From Octopus vulgaris (lineage: Eukaryota), in assembly GCA_951406725.2 (NCBI GenBank), contig OX597817.1, forward strand, positions 136,834,001 through 136,898,000: DNA of 64,000 nucleotides. Reading direction: 5' to 3'. Both the position numbers and the translations under genes were made by a program. The notes below the pieces were generated by a model. That model had not been told where the DNA came from. It made no database searches and saw only the letters and a list, made by a program, of their open reading frames with translations. Positions 41,533 to 53,002 of this stretch are shown here, in pieces. Numbering within the stretch: the stretch's first letter is position 1; each line of letters begins with the position of its first letter.

Positions 41533-44500
41533 GTAAGTGCAACATGTTTTTGTATTGTATTTCAGCAGATCTGAGAATAATTGTGAAAGCCACGACATGA
41601 CCTGTGAAATGTGTTTAGTCTGTTTACTGTCAGTAGGGAAGATTGTATTAGTGTAGTCATATCAGTTTGGGTCCACTGTTGTATAGGAGGACAGTCAAAC
41701 CTTAAAGAAGGAACTTGACATTCTGTAAGACAATGTCTGTCTTAGAAACACTGCTTCAGCAAGACTAGTAGAAAACTTAGAATAATGGTGAATAAAGATT
41801 GAGCTGTGCAAACTTGATGAGCTTATTGGTATCTAACTATTGTATTTGTAGCTGGGAAGTAGTTGTAGTGGTGGTAGTAGTAGTAGTAATAGTTACAGCA
41901 AACGCAATATCTGGAATAATTGTTGGAATCTAAGCAAAGACGTTTATTATGAGTTTAAATTCTTACAGTGTACCACTAAGCAGAAAATAACAAACCCAAC
42001 TTTGTTTTATTTCCTAGTAAAACATTGTTGATCATTATATTGTAATGGGGGTTGAGTTAGGAAAATCATTGAAACAGTTCAGATATCTGATATCATGAGG
42101 TCCTGCTGCTAGACATGTCTGGAAAGAAGTGAAAAAGGGAATGAAAATGGTAAACAATACAGAAGTCAACTTGAAACTAAACCAATGTATTCCGATGACA
42201 GTTTCTTTTCAATATTGGCACAAGGCCATCAGTTTGGCGGAGAGGGACCAAGTCAGTTATATCAACCCCATTGCTCAACTGGATCTTATTTTATTGACCC
42301 CCAAAAAATGAAAGGCAAAGCTGACCTCGGCAGAATTTAAACTCACAATGCAAAGATGGACAAAATGCTGCTGAGCATTTTGCCTGGCATGCTCACAATT
42401 CTGCCAGCTTGTCCCCTTGTTTCTTTTAAATATTAGCAGTAAGTGAAGTGACTTTGGTTAGATTTGAAATTGGACTTAGTCTGCTATGAACTTAAATCTA
42501 ACGTTTGGTGCTTGTCAGAACGGAATATGTCTGTTAGGGCTACAGCGACACCATCTCTAATGTTTATTGTTTACTTGTCTGTCAGTTTTACAATGACTCC
42601 ATCTTCAACCAATGGAATAAACCCTGTCATGAAAAGGCCTTTTTATATGCTAAGAACAAAAGTTTAATGATGTGTGATGTATTGAACTAAGTAATGTCTC
42701 CTGCTATTAAGAAATATTGTTAAAAGATCACCATCATTAACCTTTTTGTATCGATAACTAAAAATAAATAAAGAAATAAAAGTGAAAGAGAATTGTAAAC
42801 TTTTTTGAATTGCATTTTGATCTAAGGTCTTCAACCTGGCTTTTTAGTTCACAATAAATGTTTGATGTTCCCAGCTCTGAAGAAGAATGTCAGAAAGCTA
42901 CAATTAAATCTTCGTATATTATATTTCTGATAATTGTTATCAAATTCACAAAATGTTTTAATCACAAGTTTTTCTGAAAGTCATTCATTCTTCCTAGAAT
43001 ACGTGTATGTCTTTGTAATTGTGTGTCTCCATAAACTTCTCTCTACATTATATTTGCTTCTGTATTAAGAATATGAGTGGTTATGTGTACGTACACATAT
43101 GTATGCATTATTTATAAACATTATTATTATTTATATTTTTAGCATTTTTTGAAAAGTGTCTGCTATTAAGTTTTATTATTAAGACCAACTGTTGAAGGGA
43201 TGGCTTTAGGAAGTGATTTGTACGAAAGTTAAATTTTCGCAATTGTAATGTTTGTAATCATATGTTCAGATGACAGAGCTGCATTAAATATGCACATATT
43301 TAAAATATTCGAAATTAACCTGGACTGAAAACATTTTATACTGCTTTCATGGAAAGCTATTTACTAGTATATTTAAATGAACAGAAGAAACACATGGGAG
43401 AAACAGAAGAAACACACTGATGAATGTCAGTGTGCATATCTATGCGTGTGTGCATGCACACACACATATATTGTTTGTATATATACATGTGTATGTGTAT
43501 TTGTGTTTGTATTTTTTAATGGAGAGTATTCTAGAGTAAATGAATCCTCTCACAAACCAAGTCTTGTTTTGATTCTTAGTTGTAAGTAGCCATTCTGTTT
43601 CACTTTATCAACTTTGAGAAAGGCATGAATCTCGGTAAATCTCATTCCACTTAAATACAGTTATGTCTAAGAAATGGTTTTAGTGATTCTTCAAGAGACC
43701 TTTTATGGCTATTCAATTTTTACTCTTTTTTTTCTTCCCTTAAAATTGGTGTATTTTTAGTGTTCTTTAAGTCTTGACATTTCTCTGAACTCAGAACATG
43801 TTGTTGTTGGCTGCTAAATTTCTTTCCTCGTGCAAAACAATTCACATCTGGATTATTTCTGGAGGGTTCAGGTATGTCTCTGTAAACAAATAGGACAACT
43901 CTGTTGTCTGTAAGGAACTGTTCTACCTGTCCCTTTATGCTGAAAGACCATAGACCAAAGTGACACAGGTGGAAGCATTTCAGATGTTTTCAAAGGTGCA
44001 GAACTTGTTGTCAAATGGACTTGTTGATGGTTAACATTGCTTTAATCTGTTGAAACCTTCTAATCAGCTAAGTGTGTATTAGAAGGATTTACACAAGTAA
44101 AAATGATAATCCCATACACACTTCCAAAAATAGTTGTTGTTTAGTTAGTTCCATGTCAAACCAAATCAAGTAGATATAATCTGAGGCATTCCAGCCATGA
44201 CCATCATGTCTTTAGAAGTATCTACAACTACTTGAATGTGTTTTTCCTTGTTTTAAGATAAAAGTTTGCAATTCAAGAGAGATTTGGCCAAACAACCATA
44301 GAGAAGTTCCTTTATGAGTTATCTGATGTACAATTATTTTCTCTACTGGATTGTAAATAACTGGATTGTCTCTCAACTGGGTTGTCAATAATTCTGCTGT
44401 GAAATTGGAATGAAACCAGTGATCAGATAAACTGAACAAAATAAAGTTGTGTGTGGTGGCTCGCTGCACTGTGGGACGTCTGGGCAATGTGTGGACTTTT

Positions 44501-44851
44501 TGGAGATGTTTTCAATTAGTCAACGATAGTAAACTTAGGAATACTGTCAGAATTATTTCATATGTTCAGAAGTTGAATGATTTTCGAAATCAAAAGAAAA
44601 TTTGTGTATTGAAACTGTTTAAAATCCTTGTCCTTTAATGATAAATCATTCTATTTCCTTTTGAACAAGAAGTGATAAATGATAGATGGAGTAATGATTG
44701 ACCTGAGTAAGAGGTGGTCAGAGCATTTATCAATAAGTTTTACAGATGAGATTTAGAAAAGAGAAAGCTGCATGACAGCCGTGTTGACTCACCGAACGTT
44801 TGTTGTGTGAAAAGACAACAAAAATATGTTAAACTAATGATAATCTGTGTT

Positions 44852-44909
44852 TACATTCGTTAAACATTGTCATGGAGATATACATTCGTTAAACATTGTT
44901 GTGGAGATA
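44852..44909. repeat. Tandem duplication, 2 x 29 bp
   Basis: tacattcgttaaacattgtcatggagata / tacattcgttaaacattgttgtggagata. Confidence 0.9.
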
Positions 44910-45192
44910 TACAAAGCCAATTTGTAATTGAATAAAAAGTGATATCCTAGTTTGAGTTGAACATGTTTAGTTGTTGATGTTGTAGTAGTGTAACTGTAAT
45001 GATATCATAATCTTTTAGACAAATATCAGCTGTTATGTATTCTGTATATAAGAATACATCATAATCATCAGCAACATCATTTAATGTCCATGCTGGCATG
45101 GGTTGGACGGTTTGACTGGGGCTGGTAAGCTGGAAGGCTGTGCCAGACTCCAGTCAGATAATAGAAAATAGATAACAAGTATGATCTTCAGA

Positions 45193-45256
<64 letters not shown>

Positions 45257-45481
45257 GTCCTTCCCAGGACCGAAAATGTATTTGCTGTTTCAATATTCAC
45301 TCAAATTTGAGTTTCTTGAATTTATGATGACTTGATGACATTCAGACTATTTGTTGTTAAAACCTTAAAAACTGTTGCTAAGGAGTTGGTAAAGAGTTCT
45401 TCAGAAAAAAATTCCTGAATGATAAACCAGGAAATATAGGAAACATACCCAAAGGAAAAGGGGATATTAGTAGACACAGCT

Positions 45482-46427
45482 GGGACCTGTTCAGTTTTAC
45501 TCACAGATTTTTTAATTATATATTTTTTTAACTGAACAGTTTGAATCTTTGTATACTGGTGTAATTTCACTTTCAACATTTTTTGACAAAATTTCGTATT
45601 TTAGAAGTTATTTTATGTTAAAATTGCCATATTTGGGTAATTTTAACCAATCAAAGACATATATTCGGCTGAAGAAAGTTACTGTTGTTTGTGATAGTAA
45701 TCAAAAAGAAACAACTTCTGGGTCATCTCTACTAAATGTCACCACTCTGTTCTATTCATATATCACGGGAAAGTGTTGCTCCTTGGTCATAGCTGACACA
45801 AAAGAGAAGCTTTTGGCCACAAGAAAGACAATGTCACCTTTATCCGTTCTTCCTTTCTTGTCAGCACCATGCATTCCTTACTCTTTCCTTCTCTCCTGGC
45901 AGACAGCCACTTCTACACTTTCAACTACCGACCAGCAAGCAAACTTGTCACTGCCACTACAATTACTGCTCTATCTCTAACTACATGTCAGGCAAATGAA
46001 TAAATGTATGTAAATAATACTTCTTCCTTCTTGGTGTCGATTCTTCGATGTTTACTGATTACTCTGATGCGAGACCCCCCCTCCCAAAAAAAAAAAGAAC
46101 AAAGCGTGTAATATGCAACACAGGCAGTAAACAAGCATAAAATAGAACAGAGTGGTGACATTTAGTAGAGATGAGCCGGAAGGAGTTCCTCTTCGATTAC
46201 TATTGCAAACAGCAGTAGCTGTCTTCAGCTGAATACATGTTGTTGATTGGTTAAAATTACCCAAATATGACAACTTTAACATAAACTAACTTCTAAAATA
46301 CGGAATTTTGTCAGAAATGTTGAAAGTAAACTGTGTTCAGTGTGAGAAATTACACCAGTATACAAAGATTCAAACTGTTTAGTTAACAAAGAAGAAAAAA
46401 ATCTGTGATCAAAACTGAACAGATCCC
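45482..46427. mobile_element. 946-bp foldback/MITE with about 280-300 bp inverted arms
   Basis: GCT|GGGACCTGTTCAGTTTT ... AAAACTGAACAGATCCC|GCT; arm 45482-45757 is the reverse complement of 46141-46427; 3-bp GCT target duplication. Confidence 0.85.
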
Positions 46428-46704
46428 GCTGCTGTACCACAACAAAATTTTAGATGGAAAGTATTCTCTTTATAACTTCAAATTGGGAGTGACACTCATC
46501 ACCAAAATAGTCCATTTGGAACCAACAACTGGGAGTTTAGTCCTCATATTGAAGAATATCCAGGAACAGGAAATGATATCCTAGAAATATCTGAGGAAGG
46601 AATTTTATTCCGACATAGACTATGGATGGTTAAATTACAACAGGTATATAGCCCATTGTTTGTATTATAGTGCATTGTTGTACCATTGAAAACATTTTAT
46701 TCTT

Positions 46705-46765
<61 letters not shown>

Positions 46766-46887
46766 TCAATTCATAATACTATTCATAATTTAAATGTTCA
46801 TTAATTACCCTTGTATATTTTACTCCATAACTGCTTTATAAAAAAAGCCTGTTGTCATCTCAAGTTGTTGAACTTTTTTTTTTATAG

Positions 46888-46975
46888 GCATCTGAACTCT
46901 GAGCACCAGTTAGATGACAGAAGTACAGCACAAGCAAGAGTACAAATGCAGGTTGTTAGTCAACTTGAAATACAG
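46888..46975 (+). CDS. FoxP: FoxP coding exon E (88 nt, phase 2-0): [29 protein letters not shown], end of the zinc finger and start of the leucine zipper
   Basis: polyT-atag acceptor; CAG|GTAAG donor at 46976; near-identical to [33 protein letters not shown]. Confidence 0.97.
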
Positions 46976-48910
46976 GTAAGAACATCTTGCAGTTGTTTTG
47001 GGTCATGTATTGTTATATGCATCTTTTGTCATTCAACAATAGAAAGCTCAATGTGTCTTGAGTGATTCTAGCAAATACCATATTTAGTTTGTAGCTTTTC
47101 TCCATGAAGCAAGAAATTACGGTAATATTTGCTGTAACCAAGGTAGTGAGCTGGCAGAAGAATCATTACGATGTCAGGCAAAATGCTGTGTGGAATTTTG
47201 CTCGTCTTGACATTCTGATCTCAAATTCCACCATAGTCAAATTTACCTTTTTCACTTTTTGGGGTCAATAAATTAGGTACCAGTTGAACACTGGGGTTGA
47301 TGTAAGGGTTTGATGTAATTTTACCCTCTCCCTTGAAATTGCTGGTATTGTACTAAAATTTGAAACCAATATTTGCTGGTATTTTTTAAGTGTTAGTGAC
47401 TCTTTCCAAATCATTGCTGGGACATGTGGTCCATCATCAACACAATGATAGAAGGCAGAGAGAAAAAGTTTGTTTCATCAATGTGACGAAACAATGCCAA
47501 TCCCACCTTTTCTTTTAGGTCCAGGAAACCACTTTCTGTGACAAGACCTTAAATACTACATTCAGTACTTGGTGCTTTGACATCTGTAACAATCGTTATG
47601 ATCTGATCCTTTGTTGTGCTTGATAGTCTTTTTGTCATTTGTCACTCAACTAAATTTTCTGGTAAAATTAATCTAGAGTTTGTAAGAACAGCTGTCTTGC
47701 TCAGGGGCCCAACTGCACATTACTCTATCTGTTGTTAGGTTAAAGTGCTATGGGTAAATTTGTGTGGTGTAAAAAAAAAAAAATCTGTCACTCTGCAGAG
47801 AGGAACAATAAAGATTTGTGTATGATTGATTGATAAAATGATAGAATGATAGAGAGAGAGAGAGTGAGAGATTCAAATGAAGATTACAAGCATGTGCATA
47901 TGTAAACACACACTCACATACAATGCTATTGGTCACACACAAACACATTCAGTAGTAGAGGGCTATGTGTGTGAGTGGTGGGTGGGTGTACATACATGCC
48001 ATTAGTGTTCATATGTGTGTAGATTAAGAAGGACTTTTATGAAAAATGTTCTTTATTCTCAAACTATGGGTACAATCTTCCATTTCACTTGTTTCACTTT
48101 TTTATTTAATTTGAATTATTTTGCTGCGTTGTGCATATATAATTAGGTACTGTATACATAGTATTTGTGTGTGTGCATTTATATATGTGTGTGTGTGTGT
48201 GTGTATTTTTTTTACTTATTTCAGTCATTTGACTGTAGCCATGCTGGAGCACCACCTGTAGTCGAAGAAATCAACCCCAGCCTAGTGCTTATTCTACTGT
48301 TGTCTTTTGCTGAACTGCTAAGTTACAGGGACATAAACACACCAATATCAGTTGTCAAGCAATAGTGGGGAGACAAACACAGACACACAAATACATACAC
48401 ACATGTGTGTATATATATATATATATATATACACATTTGGTTGATGGAAACTGAAAGAAGCCTGTAATATATGTGTATGTAGACTTATGTGTGTTTTTGT
48501 GTCTGTGTTTATGTTCTCATAACTTAGCAGTTCAGCAAAAGACACTGATAAAATAAGTACCAAGCTTTAAAAAAGTAGTCCTAAGGTTGATTCATTTGAC
48601 TAAAACTTTTTCAAGGTGGTGCCCCAGCATGGCCACAGTCTAACGACTAAAACAAGTCAAAGATAAAAAAGGGAAAATAAATTCTCTGAGATGTTCTTTC
48701 ATTACCCTGTTTATGTTGAGATTCACTGCCTAAGAATTTGGTAAAATAACTTTGTTGTTGTTACACTGATGCCTTGATGGAACTGACATGAGATTTCGTG
48801 GGAGATTTTTCTTTAGACCCCTTTAAAACGGGATGGTTTTGTATCATAGAACTAAGGGCAGTGTTAGGTGAGTTAGTATCAAAAAGGTTTAGAATCTAAA
48901 TGAGATGTTG

Positions 48911-48958
<48 letters not shown>

Positions 48959-49649
48959 AGCCTGCTGTAGGTAATCAGTGGTACAAATGATGGCTAACAA
49001 GAGAAAAGAAATCGGTGAAAGAGCAATAAGAGAGGTGAAGAAGAAATTCTGTCTGTTGGATAGGCTTAAACAAATTGTAATGAATAAATTTACCTAATAT
49101 GTAAATTATGATGTTGAACAATTGGTGGGATTATAGTTTTGTATCATCTTTACATGTCTCAACAAGCAATTATTGGGAAGAGCTATTAAATATTTGCACA
49201 GCTAATATTTAATGATATCTTTTGGAAATAAGTTGGTAAATAAATTCTTTATTGGACTTTCATTTGATATTTTTTCAATAAAAATAATTTTTTGAAATAA
49301 ATAAATAACTTTTCTCAGTCTGAAATCCAAGTGATTTTTTTTTGCCCATCTGGTGATTCTGCTGGTTGTCTTGTCAGTAGCACCATCTATCAGCTTTTTA
49401 TCTTGACTTTCCACACTGACATCATACATTGTCACCATCTTTTAGAACTGTCATTTTTCTTCATCATTGTCCCAATTATTATTCTATGTACAATTATAGG
49501 AAACACTCCACAGACTTTTGGCAGATTGTTTTGATTAATCAGACACATGTTACAAATTTAACATTCTCTCTCTCTGTCTGTCTGTCTCTCTTTCTCTCTC
49601 ACTCACACATCAATAGATACAACAGACAGCACACATCAACAGCTTCCTC

Positions 49650-50500
49650 AGTTTAATGTCCATATTTTTATGCTCAGATGGCTACAACTGCTCTCCCCGT
49701 CCAGCACACTATCTCATCATTTGTTGTGGTTGTCTCATCCTTTGTGAAATTTAACTGCTTCACATCAATGTCCATAATTCTTTTCTTATGTCATTCTAGC
49801 TGCTACAGGTTCTTTCCACTTGGTTGTTCTTTACTCGACTTCATCTTCTCATTGTATTTTATGATTGTACCAACACTGTCTCTTCTACACTGTTTATAAT
49901 TCCTCTCTCAGTCCATTGTTGTGCCTTTCATAACACATTCACTTGAACATATTTACTTCATTTCTTTCTAATCCTCACCATCCTTTGCATGTTGTCTTCA
50001 TATTCCACCACCGAGTGACATTGCTCTTTGTGTTTGAGCCTTGGACAACCCACTCTTTGCTTGAAGAGACAATCTCTTTCTTGCCACCTGGGCTAAAAGC
50101 TCTGCTAATATGCTTTTTTAAATAACTTATTCCACTACTATTCAGGTTCCTTAGGTAACCTAATGTCAACTACATTTAAGCAGCTTTGTGGAAATTTGAA
50201 ATAAATCATGATTGTTTTTATTGCTAATAAATCTTGTGCATCTGCTACAGGCGAAGTCTTTGTCTGTCAGCCAGATCTCACAACATCTTTTTTGCATTCA
50301 ACACACACTGTCGTTTCATGCCAACTTTTTGTCTGATTATTGTGTGTGACCACTTCCCTGATGGTAATAAAGTCCTGCCTTCTTTCTTGATAACTAAAGT
50401 TTTCATTTTTGTTAGGTTTACTTTGAGAAATTCCAATTTGAAATCTTTTGCTTGGTTTCTGTGTTTGGCTGGTTTGATTCTCTATGGTTTTGATAGATTC
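49650..50500 (-). mobile_element. Probable degraded LINE (RTE-like) fragment
   Basis: Non-simple sequence with minus-strand TRWWN motif (cf. xTWWWN of RTE ORF2); many stops. Confidence 0.35.
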
Positions 50501-52184
50501 CGTTACAAAAAATAGAACATTCTACAACATGTTAATACTGGTATTGTTTTACTATCACTGATTGTATTAATTAGAAATTTCATAAGCACAATCAACAATA
50601 TTATATCTTGTTAAATCAACCGAACCTCAGAAAATGTTTAATCACAATCAGTAACTTCAAAAGTAAGACCTTAAAATTTATAATAAATTGTTAATTATTC
50701 AATGTTGATCTTTTAATTAATTGTCATCATTGATTCTCTTTCTAAACCCCATTATCAGATAAACTCCAAATCATTGTTTTCCTCTGCCAATACCTTGGCT
50801 TCTCTTTTCTTTGAGAAGTAGCTTTGGGAATTGTTTCATTTATCAATTTTTAAATTGTTAATGTTAACGAGGATATGTACAATTCTTTTAACTATTTCAC
50901 AAAAAATTGCACCATTTGCTCTAGGATTCAAATAAGACGCATTTTCTTCTATTTTCTATTTTTTAAATACCCTATTTTGCTATTTTGTATTCATTATTGT
51001 TTGTGTTCATAAACTGTTTTTTATGGTAAATTGCCAGTGATTTTACAGTTGCAGTCCCTTACTGCTAGTTACATAAGTATGAAAGATGAACGCTGTCAGC
51101 AAGCCTCGTAATGTATTTTGCTGAGAGCACGACACAATATCTGGAGCAGACTTAAAATTAATGGCTCTGTGATTTTATAACCCAACACTGTGTTATTCTG
51201 TAGACCAACCCTATGGGACTTTGCAGCCCACCCCTATTTGTCTTGGTAGCCAACCCCTATGTGACTTTATAAAGATTCAACCTTTATGTCATGTTCTTAT
51301 TATGATTTAGTGTTATTTTGGTGTCAGGTCAAATCTATTGAAAAGCCTGTTTTCAGAACCTAATTTCTAAACTAGGAAATATCCAGTTCCTCAACATGGA
51401 ATTCTACATGTTACATTGAAACCTTGTTACATTGTCAAAGCTAATGTAAATTTGTTAATGAAAAAGCATTAAAACTGCTGAAAATATATAAATATATATG
51501 AACATTGTCATTGTGTTAGTTGTGCTTTGTCCCGGGTAAGAAAGTTGACCATGGCAGAATCTCTAGCATTGCAAGGAAGAAACCAGAATTAAAACTAAAC
51601 GTAAACTAGTTGTTTACCACTCTTTAGAATTGGTCTTGTAGTTCTTCACCTGATGAGGGATGCCTTCGCTTCAGTAGAAGTCAAATGTTTACCAAGTTCA
51701 GTTTCTTTCGGCTTACACAAAACCATTTGTAATATCTGCATGACATTTAATTGTTATGAGTTAATTAATAAACAATTATCTTGAATTATCAGTTACCTTC
51801 AGATAAAAATCTATTTATTGCAATTTCTTGGAAACTTCAATTATTTATAGAATAATAAATATTTGGTAGAATATTCAACTGCAAAAAAAAAAAAAAGAAA
51901 AAAGAAAAAGAAAGATCACTGTTGCAACATTTAATGCTAATTCTTACATTTTTCATAACAATCTAATTCGTACCACAAGTGAGAATTGAATTTTAAAACT
52001 AAATAAATATCTTTGAAAAGTAGTGATACTTTAAATAAGATAAAACGACGATAGACAAGAAAGCTGTCTTCTTAACATGATGAATATGGAACTAAATTTA
52101 TATTCTCTTGTAATTTATTCTATTTCTTTCTTTCAACTTTTCTACTTTTCTTTGTTCATTTTCATTGCTCATCACTGCAAATAG

Positions 52185-52262
52185 CTTATACGGGAAAAAG
52201 ATCTTCTGCAAGCAATGATGCAGCACTTACACATGAAACCTCAAGTAGATAAATCAGATATT
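52185..52262 (+). CDS. FoxP: FoxP coding exon F (78 nt, phase 0-0): LIREKDLLQAMMQHLHMKPQVDKSDI, second half of the leucine zipper
   Basis: caaatag acceptor; ATT|GTAAGT donor at 52263; LQAMMxHLHM motif of the FoxP coiled coil. Confidence 0.95.
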
Positions 52263-52823
52263 GTAAGTATTGTTCTCCTTTTCTCTGCTGTTTCACTCAT
52301 ATTGCTAATTATACACGCACATGCAAATGTATATATATACAGCTATTTCAGAATTTATCTATGCATCCTCAGTATATTTATATATAACAAATGTGTGTGT
52401 GGGTGTGTGCCCCCCTTCCTCCCCCACATCATCATCTTCATCATGTGCGTGATTGGGCATATCTATAGGTATGCATGTATATGAATATGTGTATATAATC
52501 TATATTTGTATATATATATATTATATATATATAAATATCAAATGGAAATTGCAGTTGTGATACCTGTGCCGGTGGCATGTAAAAAGCGCAAACTGATCGT
52601 GGCTGCTGCCAACCTCCCCTGGCACCTGTGCCGGTGGCATGTAAAAAGCACCCACTACACTCACGGAGTGGTTGGCGTTAGGAAGCGCATCCAGCTGTAG
52701 AAGCACTGCCAGATCAGACTGGAGACTGGTGCAGCTTCCTGGCTTCCCAGACCCTGTTTGAACCGTCCAGCTCGTGCTAGCATGGAAAACGGACGCTAAA
52801 CAATGATGATGATGATGTGTCTG

Positions 52824-52862
<39 letters not shown>

Positions 52863-52964
52863 TTTCCTTTCATTTAACATCCGTTTTCCATATTGGCATG
52901 GGTTGGATGGTTTGAACTCAGCTGATTTAGCTTGGTTTCTATCACTGGATGTCCTTTCTGACAC

Positions 52965-53002
<38 letters not shown>

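Noticed and set aside
45549-46282. Two similar ORFs on opposite strands suggesting a gene pair
   Set aside because: They are the two arms of the foldback element and show no transposase motifs
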